From: Myxococcota bacterium
Lineage (GTDB): Bacteria; Myxococcota_A; UBA796; CAJQPC01
Direction: 5' to 3'
DNA length: 64,000 nucleotides
NCBI GenBank assembly: GCA_036229005.1
Contig: JAZAMN010000031.1
Coordinates: 128,001 to 192,000 of the forward strand
The position numbers and the translations under genes are program-made. Within the stretch, counting starts at the first letter, position 1, and each line of letters begins with the position of its first letter. Below are positions 18,695 to 29,109 of this stretch, in pieces. The notes under the pieces are model-generated. The model searched no databases. It was not told the DNA's origin and saw only the letters and a list, made by a program, of their open reading frames with translations.

Positions 18695-19151
18695 GCGGGC
18701 GCTCCAGGCGGACCATGCCCTTGTCGGGCACCCGCAGGACGATCTGGAATCCGCGGGCCTCGAAGAGGCGGATCAGAGGGGTGTTGTCCTGGTCGGTGTT
18801 CGTGGCCAGGACGCCGGCCCCCTGTGCGCTCAGCCAGTCCTCGCCGGCGTCGAGCAGTGCAGAGGCTGTGCCGCGCCGACGGGCGAGGGGGTGGACCCAG
18901 GTGGTGGCATAGAGCCCCACCTCCTCCTCCTCCATCCGGAGCTGGGTGTAGCCGAGCAGCTTGTCGCCTTCGAGGGCCAGCAGCACGCGCCCGTGCTCGA
19001 TGTGCCAGCGCACCCGGTCCTGGAGCCAGGCGGGGGTGTACATGTCAGCGCCGCGCTCGCCCAGCACCTCGAGCAGGGTGTCGGCCATGCGCTCGGCGAT
19101 GGTGGGGACATGGGGGGAGCCCGGGTCGACAAGCGACGTGATTTCAAGCAC
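18684..19151 (-). CDS. GNAT family N-acetyltransferase
   Basis: WVHPLARRRGTASALL acetyl-CoA motif; NTPLIRLFEARGF. Confidence 0.88.
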   Translation of the reverse strand: MLEITSLVDPGSPHVPTIAERMADTLLEVLGERGADMYTPAWLQDRVRWHIEHGRVLLALEGDKLLGYTQLRMEEEEVGLYATTWVHPLARRRGTASALLDAGEDWLSAQGAGVLATNTDQDNTPLIRLFEARGFQIVLRVPDKGMVRLERPLSP

Positions 19152-19231
19152 TTGATTTCCATGTGGGACGGGCGAAGGGTGCGCGGAGGGCGGCCATCGG
19201 GTCAGATGGAGGCATCAACCGAGGTCGACAA

Positions 19232-20473
19232 ATGCTCCTTCTCCTCTCCCTTATCGCGTGCACCAAGGACTCCGGCGACACCGCCGACACCGGCTGCGAG
19301 GCCCCCCTGACCCTGTTCACCGACGCGGACGGCGACGGCTTCGGCGACGACGCGACCCAGGTGGAGGCCTGCGAGGCGGCCGCGGATCAGGTCGAGCAGG
19401 GCGGCGACTGCGATGACGGCGACGGGGCCGTGAACCCCGATGCCACCGAGTTCTGCGACGGGATCGACAACGACTGCGACGGCGCCCCCGAGGCCGGCGC
19501 CGCCTGGGAGGCCGCCGACGGCACCTGGACCGACTGGAGCGACACCCTGGCCGCCGGCACCGAGGCCAGCCCCGCAGCCATCACCTTGAGCGAGGCGGGC
19601 ACCCTGCACGTCTGCCCCGGCACCCACTACGTGAACCTGAGCTCCGGCGTCTCCACCGGCGTGGTCGGCCACGGCGCCAGCGCATCGGACGTCGTCCTCA
19701 ATGGCGGCGGCGTGGGTCGGGTCCTGGACTTGGAGGGCAGTGGCTTGACCCACAGCGTCCAGGGCGTGCAGCTCACCAACGGTACCAACCCAGACGAGTT
19801 TGACGACGAGAAGCCCAGCGCGGGCGGCATCAGCTGCAACGCCGACGACCTGGACACAACCCTGACGCTGGCCCAGGTCGAGCTGACCGACAACCAGGGC
19901 TACCTGGGCGGCAACCTGGCCCTCATGGGCTGCGACACCACGGTCGACGACAGCACTCTGAGCGGTGGTGAGGCCGAGATCGGCGGCGGTGTCGCGCTGC
20001 TCGCCGGAGACCTGACCCTGAACAACAGCAGCATCACCGGCAACAGCGGCGCTGAGGGCGGCGGCGGGATCCTCGCCCTCCCCTACACCTCGGAGGCCCC
20101 CGTCGTGACGCTGAACGACAGCCTGGTGGCGGACAACACCACCGAAGAGGTGGGCGGCGGCGCCATGCTGCTCAGCGCCGAGCTGGTCTGCACCAGCAGC
20201 GATGGGGGAGAGCACGGCCTCCTGCGGAACAGCGCGGGGACCGGCTCCGCCATCTTCGGTGCCGCGGGGTTCGTCGGGAACGAGGACGGGCCGGTCTATG
20301 CCGCTGTGGACAGCCAGGGCTGCGACTTCGGCGTCGACAGCAGCGACAACACCCAGAGCTTCGACATCTGGTTCGAGGGGCTGCAGTACACGGCCGAGGA
20401 CAACGCCGACTTCAGCTGCGCCGAGACCAACTGCTCCGGCGACGTCGAGATCGTCAAGGAGGTCAAGAAGTAG
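19232..20473 (+). CDS. Lipoprotein with MopE-type motif and beta-helix repeats (paralog 2)
   Basis: GAGGT SD; MLLLLSLIAC; DADGDGFGD and DCDD..EFCDGIDNDCDG; TLHVCPG shared with paralogs. Confidence 0.85.
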   Translation: MLLLLSLIACTKDSGDTADTGCEAPLTLFTDADGDGFGDDATQVEACEAAADQVEQGGDCDDGDGAVNPDATEFCDGIDNDCDGAPEAGAAWEAADGTWTDWSDTLAAGTEASPAAITLSEAGTLHVCPGTHYVNLSSGVSTGVVGHGASASDVVLNGGGVGRVLDLEGSGLTHSVQGVQLTNGTNPDEFDDEKPSAGGISCNADDLDTTLTLAQVELTDNQGYLGGNLALMGCDTTVDDSTLSGGEAEIGGGVALLAGDLTLNNSSITGNSGAEGGGGILALPYTSEAPVVTLNDSLVADNTTEEVGGGAMLLSAELVCTSSDGGEHGLLRNSAGTGSAIFGAAGFVGNEDGPVYAAVDSQGCDFGVDSSDNTQSFDIWFEGLQYTAEDNADFSCAETNCSGDVEIVKEVKK

Positions 20474-20608
20474 CGGGGGCGCAGAACCCGCATCGCAACG
20501 CGCTGGGGAAGCCCCCCTTTCCCCAGCACAACCCCACGGTGAGAGATGGCCGTAGGGTGCGACGTGGGCAGGCGGCGGCAATTGGTGGGGTCAAAGGAGA
20601 CCCCAACC

Positions 20609-21839
<1,231 letters not shown>

Positions 21840-21841
<2 letters not shown>

Positions 21842-21893
21842 GCCCCGAGACCGAGCCCAAGGCTGAGCCCCAAGGCTGAGCCCCAAGGCTCGG
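21840..21893. repeat. 12-13-bp tandem repeat (GAGCCCCAAGGCT) with hairpin potential
   Basis: Units at 21840 (degenerate), 21853, 21865 and 21878; CCGAGCC at 21851 can pair with GGCTCGG at 21887. Confidence 0.8.
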
Positions 21894-21923
21894 TGGAACG
21901 CAGAGGGGGCGCGGTCGAGATAG

Positions 21924-21951
21924 GGAACCGCACTCCCCCTTGGACCGTGTA
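21924..21951 (+). promoter_or_regulatory. Putative ECF-type autoregulatory promoter GGAACCG-N14-CCGTGTA
   Basis: Typical ECF -35 AAC and -10 CGT elements ending 9 nt before the sigma ATG; identical motif and spacing recur at 22955-22982. Confidence 0.75.
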
Positions 21952-21960
21952 CCCCTCTGC

Positions 21961-22482
21961 ATGTCCGCATCCCCCGCCCTACTGCTGGCCCAACAGGGCA
22001 ACCAGGCCGCCCGCGCCCAGCTCCTGCGCGAGCACGGCCCCGCCGTCTGGGGCCTCTGCCGCCGCCTGAGCGCCGAGCCCGAAGACGACTACCAGGCCAT
22101 CTGGCTCCACGCCCTGGCCCAACTGGACCGCTTCGACCCCGCCGGCCGCGCCAGCTTCCGCACCTGGCTGCTCACCCTGGCGCACCGCAAGCTCATCGAC
22201 GCCCACCGCAGCGCCGTCGTCCGCGGCCCCACCCTGGAGCCCGTCGAGCCCGCCCACGCGCCTGACCCCGAGCAGGATCTGGACCGCGCCCGCCAGCGCG
22301 CCCGCCTGGAGGCCGCCATCGCACAGCTCCCACCAGACCAGGCCCGCGTCGTCCTGCTGCACCACCTGCACGGCCAGCCCCTCTCCGCCATCGCCAAGGA
22401 GGAGGAGGTGGCTGTGGGCACCCTCAAGTCCCGACTGCACCGCGCCCGCGCCCGCCTGCTCACCCTCCTGGAGGACGCATGA
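21961..22482 (+). CDS. ECF RNA polymerase sigma factor
   Basis: Region 2 (EPEDDYQ..RFDP..SFRTWL) and region 4 (LPPDQARVVLL..GTLKSRLHRAR). Confidence 0.92.
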   Translation: MSASPALLLAQQGNQAARAQLLREHGPAVWGLCRRLSAEPEDDYQAIWLHALAQLDRFDPAGRASFRTWLLTLAHRKLIDAHRSAVVRGPTLEPVEPAHAPDPEQDLDRARQRARLEAAIAQLPPDQARVVLLHHLHGQPLSAIAKEEEVAVGTLKSRLHRARARLLTLLEDA

Positions 22483-23687
22483 CCCCAAGCGAGGACACCC
22501 TGGCCCAGCTCTCTGCGCTCCTGGACGGCGAGCTGCCCATGGATCAAGCGGAGGCCCTGCGCGCCCGCATCCAGGCGGAGCCCGAGCTCGCGGCTGCCTG
22601 GAACGCGCTGATGGATCTGGACGCCGGCCTGGCCGACCTGGAGCAGGCACCCCCGCCTCTGGAGCTGGACGCCCGGGTGCTGGAGCAGGCCAAGGGCCTG
22701 GAGCCCAAGCCGCTCAAGACCGGTCCCCTGCTGGACGTGCCCGCCGCGAAGGGCGCCCCCAAGTGGGCCTGGGGACTGCTCGCGGCCGGGCTGCTGCTGG
22801 CCGCCACGCCCCTGCTGGCCCTCACCGACTGGGCCCAGCCCGCCCCCCCCACCCTGCACCAGGCCAGCGGCCAGCAGGTGGTCCACGGCCCCGCGCTGGT
22901 GCTGCTCCCGGACGGGCGCGAGCTGGCGGTCTCGGGGCGCGTCTCGATCTCGGTGGAACCGCCGGCCCCCCTGCCCCGTGTAGAGGGTCAGGAGGTCGAG
23001 ATGAACCCGAAGATGTTGCTCGCTGCGGCCGCTGGAGCCGCGATCACCGTCGCTGTGTACGAAGGCAGCGCCACCCTGTCCGGACCCGAGGGCACCCAGG
23101 TGCTGGAGGCTGGAGACAGCAGCCGCGTGGGCCCGGATCGGGCCAGGGTGACCTCGCCTGTGCCACGGGGTGCAGAGCTTGCGGAGGGGACCCCGCAGGC
23201 GGAGCCGGAGGGCGCACCGGAGAGCACCGAGGCGCTCAAGGGTGAGCTGGAGCGTCTGCAGCTCCAGAATGACTTCCTCCAGGGACAGCTCACGGCGATG
23301 GGGGCCACCCCGAACCCCTGGCCCGAGGCGCTGGACGCCGCGTTCACGCCGGAGGCCTTCGAGGACACGGTCAGCGGGGCGCTGGCGGACTTCCCGGACG
23401 TGGAGCTGTTGGACGTGGACTGCAGCGAGTACCCCTGCGTGGCCATCTTCGAGGACCAGGGCGTGGAGAAGGGGCGCGAGAGCATGGAGGCCTTCCGGAC
23501 GGCGACCACCGACGCGCTGGGCGGCGACCTGAACTCCAGCGCGTGGGGCGCGCAGATCGAGACGGACCAGGGCTCCCGCTACGTCGAGGTCTGGGCGCTG
23601 ACGCCGGACACGGACATGAACAGCGGCAACGCGCGGCTGGACCTGCGGGCCAAGGACCTGCTGCAGGAGGAGCTGGACCGGGAGTAG
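22479..23687 (+). CDS. Membrane-anchored anti-sigma factor with FecR-like extracytoplasmic part
   Basis: ATGA overlap with the sigma gene; N-terminal LSALLDGEL anti-sigma domain; one TM segment; VAVYEGSATL..LEAGD FecR-like motif. Confidence 0.82.
   Translation: MTPSEDTLAQLSALLDGELPMDQAEALRARIQAEPELAAAWNALMDLDAGLADLEQAPPPLELDARVLEQAKGLEPKPLKTGPLLDVPAAKGAPKWAWGLLAAGLLLAATPLLALTDWAQPAPPTLHQASGQQVVHGPALVLLPDGRELAVSGRVSISVEPPAPLPRVEGQEVEMNPKMLLAAAAGAAITVAVYEGSATLSGPEGTQVLEAGDSSRVGPDRARVTSPVPRGAELAEGTPQAEPEGAPESTEALKGELERLQLQNDFLQGQLTAMGATPNPWPEALDAAFTPEAFEDTVSGALADFPDVELLDVDCSEYPCVAIFEDQGVEKGRESMEAFRTATTDALGGDLNSSAWGAQIETDQGSRYVEVWALTPDTDMNSGNARLDLRAKDLLQEELDRE
22955..22996 (+). promoter_or_regulatory. 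Intragenic ECF promoter copy plus AGGAGGT Shine-Dalgarno inside the anti-sigma gene
   Basis: GGAACCG (22955-61), N14, CCGTGTA (22976-82); SD 22990-96; in-frame ATG at 23001. Confidence 0.7.
23001..23687 (+). CDS. Putative nested in-frame isoform of the anti-sigma factor (228 aa, from Met175)
   Basis: Has its own promoter motif, a strong SD and a signal/anchor-like N-terminus MNPKMLLAAAAGAAITVAV. Confidence 0.55.
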   Translation: MNPKMLLAAAAGAAITVAVYEGSATLSGPEGTQVLEAGDSSRVGPDRARVTSPVPRGAELAEGTPQAEPEGAPESTEALKGELERLQLQNDFLQGQLTAMGATPNPWPEALDAAFTPEAFEDTVSGALADFPDVELLDVDCSEYPCVAIFEDQGVEKGRESMEAFRTATTDALGGDLNSSAWGAQIETDQGSRYVEVWALTPDTDMNSGNARLDLRAKDLLQEELDRE

Positions 23688-23697
23688 ACTCCCCGCC

Positions 23698-25770
23698 ATG
23701 AGCACCATCTCCCCCCCCGCGGTTCACGTCGCCGTCGCCTCCCTCAACCAGACCGTCGGCGACTGGGCCGGCAACCGGGACCGCATCCTGCGCGTGCTGG
23801 AGAAGGCCCGCGCGCGCGGCGTGCGGCTGATCGGCTTCCCCGAGATGTGCGTGTCGGGCTACTCGCTGGGGGACCGGCTGATGCGGCGCGGCACCCTGGA
23901 CCGGAGCTGGCGCGTGCTGGAGGAGGTCGCCCCCCACACCCGCGGCATGGTGGCCTGCCTGGGCCTGCCCGTGCGGCACCGGGGGGTGGTCTACAACGCG
24001 ACGGCGGTGATCGCGGACACCCGCATCGTGGGCCTGGTCTGCAAGGAGCACCTGGCCACCGGCGACGTCCAGTACGAGAACCGCTGGTACCACCCCTGGC
24101 CCCACGGCCAGGTCGACGAGTTCATCACCCACGACAACCAGCGGATCCCCATCGGGACGCTGTTCTTCCAGGCCCGCGGGCTGGGGCGCTTCGCCCTGGA
24201 GATCTGCGAGGACGGCTGGAAGGGCATCCGCCCGGGCTCCATCTACGCCCTGGCCGGCGCCGAGGTCATCCTGAACCCCTCGGCGAGCTGGTTCGTCATC
24301 GGCAAGCACCGCACCCGGCGCGCCCTGGTCGAGCAGCTCTCCCGCGAGGACCACTGCGCCTACCTCTACACCTCGCTGCTGGGCTGCGACAGCACCCGGC
24401 TGGTGTTCGACGGCAGCGTGTTCATCGGCCTGGACGGGCGCATCGACCAGGAAGGTCGGCGCATGCTGTTCACGGAAGACCACGAGCTCATCGACCAGAT
24501 CGTGGACCTGGACCAGCTCCGGCTGGTGCGCATGGAGGAGGGCTCCTGGCGCGAGCAGGTGCAGAGCTACACCAACGGGAACTACGGCCCCAAGCCGACG
24601 CTGATCGAGATCCCCGGGGACTTCACCTGCGCTGGCCACCCGCCCCCGGTGGGCCCCTACTGGGAGGCGGCGGCGCCCTCGCACATCGACCCCTCGCTGC
24701 AGTGGCTGGAGGACGCCGGCCTGGTCCCCACCATCACGCCGGCCGACCTGCCCCACCTGGAGCTGGAGCTGGCCCTGGCCCTGGGCATGCGCGACTACGT
24801 GGAGAAGTCCCACATCCGCGCACTGGCCCTGGCGCTCTCCGGCGGGCGCGACTCCGCGATGGTGGCCGTGCTGGTGCACCGCATGTTCCGCTACCACAAG
24901 CCCGAGCTCTCGGAGTCGGAGCTGCGGGACTACGTCCGCGCCCGCTTCGTGACCGCGTACCTGGCCACCGAGAACTCCGGGCCGGTCACGGAGAACGCCG
25001 CGCAGGTCCTCGCCGAGGCCACGGGAGCCAAGCACCATGTCTCGCGCATGCAGGACGCGGTCGATGTACACGTCCGGCTGGCGGGAGAGATGATCGGCTC
25101 CCCCCTCTCCTGGGACGACCCCGCGCACGACATCCCCCTGCAGAACGTGCAGGCACGGCTCCGGGGCAGCCTGATCTGGATGCTCGCGAACCTCCACGGC
25201 GCGCTGCTGCTGACCACCTCCAACAAGTCGGAGGCGGCGGTGGGCTACACGACCATGGACGGCGACACCAGCGGCGGCATCTCCCCCATCGCGGACGTGC
25301 CCAAGTCCCTGGTCTCCCTGTGGCTGACCTGGGCGCGGCGCTTTCATGGGCTCACCGCTCTGGACCCTGTGCTGGTCCAGCAACCCACCGCAGAGCTCCG
25401 TCCCCCCGGCGAGGAACAGACGGACGAGGGCGACCTGATGCCCTTCGGCATCCTGGACCGGCTGATGTACCAGTTCGTCCAGGCCGGGCAGGACCCCGTG
25501 GAGATCTTCCAGTCCCTGTGGCCCGCCCTGCAGGTGCACTACGGCCCCGAGCACCCCGAGCGCCTGGCCGCGGACATCCGGCGCTTCGTCACCCTGTTCT
25601 GCCGGGCCCAGTGGAAGCGCGAGCGCTTCGCCATCTCCTTCCGCGTCACCGCCTTTGACCTGGACCCCAAGACCGGCTTCCGCTTCCCGCCGGTCCAGGC
25701 CCCCTTCACCGAAGAGCTCGCCGAGCTGGACGCCCACGTCGCCCGCCTCGCCACCCAGGAGCAGTCATGA
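23698..25770 (+). CDS. nadE: Glutamine-dependent NAD+ synthetase
   Basis: Nitrilase domain (FPE, K, EICED) fused to synthetase domain (LSGGRDS, QNVQARLR, TSNKSEAAVGYTTMDGD). Confidence 0.96.
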   Translation: MSTISPPAVHVAVASLNQTVGDWAGNRDRILRVLEKARARGVRLIGFPEMCVSGYSLGDRLMRRGTLDRSWRVLEEVAPHTRGMVACLGLPVRHRGVVYNATAVIADTRIVGLVCKEHLATGDVQYENRWYHPWPHGQVDEFITHDNQRIPIGTLFFQARGLGRFALEICEDGWKGIRPGSIYALAGAEVILNPSASWFVIGKHRTRRALVEQLSREDHCAYLYTSLLGCDSTRLVFDGSVFIGLDGRIDQEGRRMLFTEDHELIDQIVDLDQLRLVRMEEGSWREQVQSYTNGNYGPKPTLIEIPGDFTCAGHPPPVGPYWEAAAPSHIDPSLQWLEDAGLVPTITPADLPHLELELALALGMRDYVEKSHIRALALALSGGRDSAMVAVLVHRMFRYHKPELSESELRDYVRARFVTAYLATENSGPVTENAAQVLAEATGAKHHVSRMQDAVDVHVRLAGEMIGSPLSWDDPAHDIPLQNVQARLRGSLIWMLANLHGALLLTTSNKSEAAVGYTTMDGDTSGGISPIADVPKSLVSLWLTWARRFHGLTALDPVLVQQPTAELRPPGEEQTDEGDLMPFGILDRLMYQFVQAGQDPVEIFQSLWPALQVHYGPEHPERLAADIRRFVTLFCRAQWKRERFAISFRVTAFDLDPKTGFRFPPVQAPFTEELAELDAHVARLATQEQS

Positions 25771-26147
25771 ATCGCCTGAGAGTCGCCCTGCTGCTGGGCG
25801 CCGCCTTCACCGCCGGCCTCCTGGTCCGCGGCCCCGTCGCCGCCCACGCCCAGTCCATGTTCGACGCCCCCAAGCAGGCCGCCGCTGACGGCAAGATCCC
25901 CGACCGTTCCGGCAGCATCGTGCGCTACGAGCTCCCCCCCGGGGCGGCCGGCGCCTCGCGCTTTGCCTGGGTCGATCTGAGCAAGGTCGCCGCCGTCGAG
26001 GGCGGCAGCGGCAGCATGAACACCTGGCGCACCGTGCTCTACCTGCCCGGCGGCCCGCTCGAGGTCACCGCGCGACACCAGGACGTGATGCGGGAGCTGC
26101 TGGCGCTGCAGGAGAGCGAGGAGCCGGCGGTTGAGGCGGCGGAGTAG
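25767..26147 (+). CDS. Hypothetical secreted protein
   Basis: ATGA overlap with nadE; signal peptide ending AHA. Confidence 0.65.
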   Translation: MNRLRVALLLGAAFTAGLLVRGPVAAHAQSMFDAPKQAAADGKIPDRSGSIVRYELPPGAAGASRFAWVDLSKVAAVEGGSGSMNTWRTVLYLPGGPLEVTARHQDVMRELLALQESEEPAVEAAE

Positions 26148-26169
26148 CGGGTTGTCGGGGCGCCGTGCG

Positions 26170-26425
26170 GGCTACGCCACCTGAATGAGCGAAGGGGTGA
26201 GGCTACCCACTCCGAACGAGCGCTTCGCCGAGGCTACGGCAACTCAGTGAGCGCTTTCCCCACCGAATCGCCCCAATCCGGCTCCAAAACACCCGAAAAT
26301 CGCTCAGATCCCGCCCTCAGCGCCCAGATCGGTGGCCAGATCGCTCACCGGTGGGCGGTAGCCTCAGACAAGCGCTCATTGGCGGGCCGTAGCCACAGGC
26401 GGGCGCTCACCCAAGCCCCGTAGCC
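26170..26425. repeat. Mirror-symmetric array of 31-bp-period repeats (GGCTAC-N10-YGAGCG three times, then three inverted copies)
   Basis: Forward units at 26170, 26201, 26232; inverted CGCTCA-N10-GTAGCC units at 26342, 26373, 26404; 88-bp centre. Confidence 0.85.
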
Positions 26426-26529
26426 ACGCCATCCCTTGCATTCACCCCCCGTAGCCACCCAGACTGCGGCCCCAGCCCAGCCCGTGGCCACTCCCGGCCC
26501 CAGAGCCTGGGCGGAAACGGGAGTCAGGG

Positions 26530-26787
26530 ATGCAGAGGACCCTTCTGGTCGGTGTGGGCGTGTTGTTGGGGGCGGTCGGCCTCATGCTCGGAACGGAGCT
26601 GCAGGCCCAGGCCCAGGACGCGGAGGTGCAGGAGCCCGTCAAGCCCAACTGCAAGCGCTGGAAGCTCATCACCGGAGCGGACGCGCAGACCATCGAGGGC
26701 TGGATGGTCGCCCAGCAGGCCAAGGGCCGCACCCAGTTCGTCGTCCCCGTCGCCGACCCCGGCTACTCCATCATGTGCGCCTACTGA
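26530..26787 (+). CDS. Small hypothetical secreted protein
   Basis: GGGAG upstream; signal peptide ending AQA; two Cys. Confidence 0.65.
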   Translation: MQRTLLVGVGVLLGAVGLMLGTELQAQAQDAEVQEPVKPNCKRWKLITGADAQTIEGWMVAQQAKGRTQFVVPVADPGYSIMCAY

Positions 26788-26884
26788 GCACACGGAGGCC
26801 CCCTCAACGTGGAGGTCAACGGCGACTCCAGAAGGCCCGCTTCACCCCCGGGTGTAGACTCCCGAAAACCCCGGGAGTCCCCCC

Positions 26885-28033
26885 ATGAAGTTCGTCGCAA
26901 TCGGCCTGGGCGTGGTCGGACTGGCAGCCGCCGGCACCGTCATCGGCGCGATGGCCAGCGAGTACAACCCCGCCCCCATCGAGCCCGCCGAGCAGACCTG
27001 CGAGAGCCCCAAGCGCAGCATCCAGAAGGATGTCCCCTTTGAGATCCTGAGCTGGAACCTGCAGTACGGCGCCTCCCGAAAGTACCAGTTCTTCTACGAC
27101 GGCGGCGACGCCGTGCACGTCGCCCCAGAGGACGTGCAGTGGACCCTGGACGCCGCCTCCAAGGTCATGGAGGAGATCGACCCCGAGCTCTACCTGCTCC
27201 AGGAGGTCGACCGCGGCTCCAAGCGCACCGGCAAGGTCGACCAGCTCCAGGACTACTTGGCCGCCGCCGACACCGACTGCTGGGCCGCCGCGCCCTACCA
27301 CAAGAGCCCCTACGTGCCCGTCCCCAGCGGCGACGCCCTGGGCAAGGTCGACATGGAGCTCGCCCTGCTCTCCCACGCCCCCATGTCCCACGGGGAGCGC
27401 ATCCAGCTCGCCATGCTGGACGAGGCCCGCGTGCGCCGCATGTTCAACCTCAAGCGCGCCCTCCTCTGGGCCGAGGTCCAGGTCGAAGGCCTCGATCAGC
27501 CCCTGGCCATCGCCAGCACGCACCTGAGCGCCTTCTCCTACGGCGACGGCACCCTGGAGAAGCAGGTCCAGCAGCTCAACGACTGGATGGCCGCTCGGCC
27601 CCCCGGCCAACCCTGGATCCTCGCCGGCGACATGAACCTGCTGCCCCCCGGCGACGACAAGGACCGCCTCACCCAGGAGGCCGACCTCTACGCCGACGAG
27701 AGCAACCCCATCGAGCCCCTCTTCCAGGCCGGCTGGCAGGAGGTCTTCGGCGACGCCCAGCTCGACCCCGAGAACCGCACCTACGTGTCCTTCGGCCAGG
27801 CCGAGCCCGACCGCAAGATCGACTACATCTTCTACGGCGGCCCCATCCATGTCCTGGAGGCCGAGGTGGTTCGGGGGGAGGCCCTGGAGATCTCGGACCA
27901 CCTCCCCATCCGCGCCCAGTTCGTCATCGGGGACAAGCCCCAGCCCGCCAGCGAGGACACCCTGGCGCCGACCGAGCCCCCCGCCGATCCCGTGGAGCTC
28001 CCCGTCGACCCCGAAGCCCCCCTCAGCGAGTAA
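26885..28033 (+). CDS. Endonuclease/exonuclease/phosphatase (EEP) family protein, membrane-anchored or exported
   Basis: SWNLQY, LLQEVD, THL, AGDMN, IDYIF and SDHLP motifs. Confidence 0.92.
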   Translation: MKFVAIGLGVVGLAAAGTVIGAMASEYNPAPIEPAEQTCESPKRSIQKDVPFEILSWNLQYGASRKYQFFYDGGDAVHVAPEDVQWTLDAASKVMEEIDPELYLLQEVDRGSKRTGKVDQLQDYLAAADTDCWAAAPYHKSPYVPVPSGDALGKVDMELALLSHAPMSHGERIQLAMLDEARVRRMFNLKRALLWAEVQVEGLDQPLAIASTHLSAFSYGDGTLEKQVQQLNDWMAARPPGQPWILAGDMNLLPPGDDKDRLTQEADLYADESNPIEPLFQAGWQEVFGDAQLDPENRTYVSFGQAEPDRKIDYIFYGGPIHVLEAEVVRGEALEISDHLPIRAQFVIGDKPQPASEDTLAPTEPPADPVELPVDPEAPLSE

Positions 28034-28037
28034 GCAC

Positions 28038-29066
28038 GTGGACCTGCCCGAAGACTGGTGGCTGGAGCTGGACTGGACCGAGTCCGGCGACCTGGAGCCC
28101 CTGCTGGTGGCCCTCTACGCCGACCAGCCCGTCGAAGACGATGACGTCCGCGTCACCCTGGACCGCGCGCAGGCCTACGCCTGGCTGGACGCCTGCGTGG
28201 ACGCCGAGGCCCAGGACAAGGAGCACCCCGACCCCCTCAACGTCCTGCTCCCCGAGCAGCGCCGGGCCCTGCTGGCTCTCCACGAGCACGGCGAGGCCAT
28301 CGTCGCCGAGGCCACCCGCCAGTCCGCCGCGCTGTGGCGCGCCAAGGGCCAGAGCTCCCGCCCCGAGCACCTCACCCTGATGAGCGCCCAGGTCACCGAC
28401 CGGTGCGCGGACGGCCTGGCCTACGTCCTGCTCCAGTTCAGCTCCGTGCTGCACGTCGAGCACGGGCTCCAGGCCCTCTTGCTGGGCGACCAGGTCCAGC
28501 GCGTCGCCCATGAGATCCCGGAGCACAACCTCCCCGGCACGCCCCCCGCGCCCGTCCCCGCGCGGAAGGCCGAGACCCTGCCCGACTACATGCGGATCAG
28601 CGGCGGCGCCCCCGAGATGGGCGGCCTGCTGGACGACCTGCTCGCGATGGGCCTGCGCCCCAAGGCCACCGCTGCCGCCGCTGACGACTCCCCCCGGGCC
28701 TCCGATGACGACCCCCTCAAGGCCCTGCTGCGCGCCATGGCCGGCACCATGCCGCCTCCCGCCAAGCGTCCTCCGGCCCCTGAGCCCATCGGCGAGCCCA
28801 TCAGCGAGCCCATCCACGACCCCGAGCCCGTCGGCGAACCCGAGCCCGAGGGCCTGCTCCCCGAGGGGCTGCTCACCATCTGGGAGGAGCGCGAGTGGAT
28901 CGAGCTCACCCCAGACGCCGATCGCGCCAAGGTCCGGGCGGCGCTGGAGGCCCTGGTCGAAGAGCTGCCCGCGTCCAAGGTCGCCGACGCCGTGTGCGAG
29001 CTGGAGGGCGTCGAGGAGCTCTACGCCAGCGACGACGAGCTCGAGGAGTTCCTGGAGCTCTGGTAG
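28038..29066 (+). CDS. Hypothetical acidic two-domain protein with Pro-rich linker
   Basis: GTG 4 nt after the EEP stop; GC3-biased codons; start uncertain. Confidence 0.65.
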   Translation: MDLPEDWWLELDWTESGDLEPLLVALYADQPVEDDDVRVTLDRAQAYAWLDACVDAEAQDKEHPDPLNVLLPEQRRALLALHEHGEAIVAEATRQSAALWRAKGQSSRPEHLTLMSAQVTDRCADGLAYVLLQFSSVLHVEHGLQALLLGDQVQRVAHEIPEHNLPGTPPAPVPARKAETLPDYMRISGGAPEMGGLLDDLLAMGLRPKATAAAADDSPRASDDDPLKALLRAMAGTMPPPAKRPPAPEPIGEPISEPIHDPEPVGEPEPEGLLPEGLLTIWEEREWIELTPDADRAKVRAALEALVEELPASKVADAVCELEGVEELYASDDELEEFLELW

Positions 29067-29109
29067 CGCCTGGCACGCCCCCTGCAACCAGCCCCCGCAG
29101 GAGGTCCCC

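Noticed and set aside
26170..26425. CRISPR array
   Set aside because: Conserved parts are only hexamers, the period is 31 bp, half the units are inverted, and no cas genes are present.
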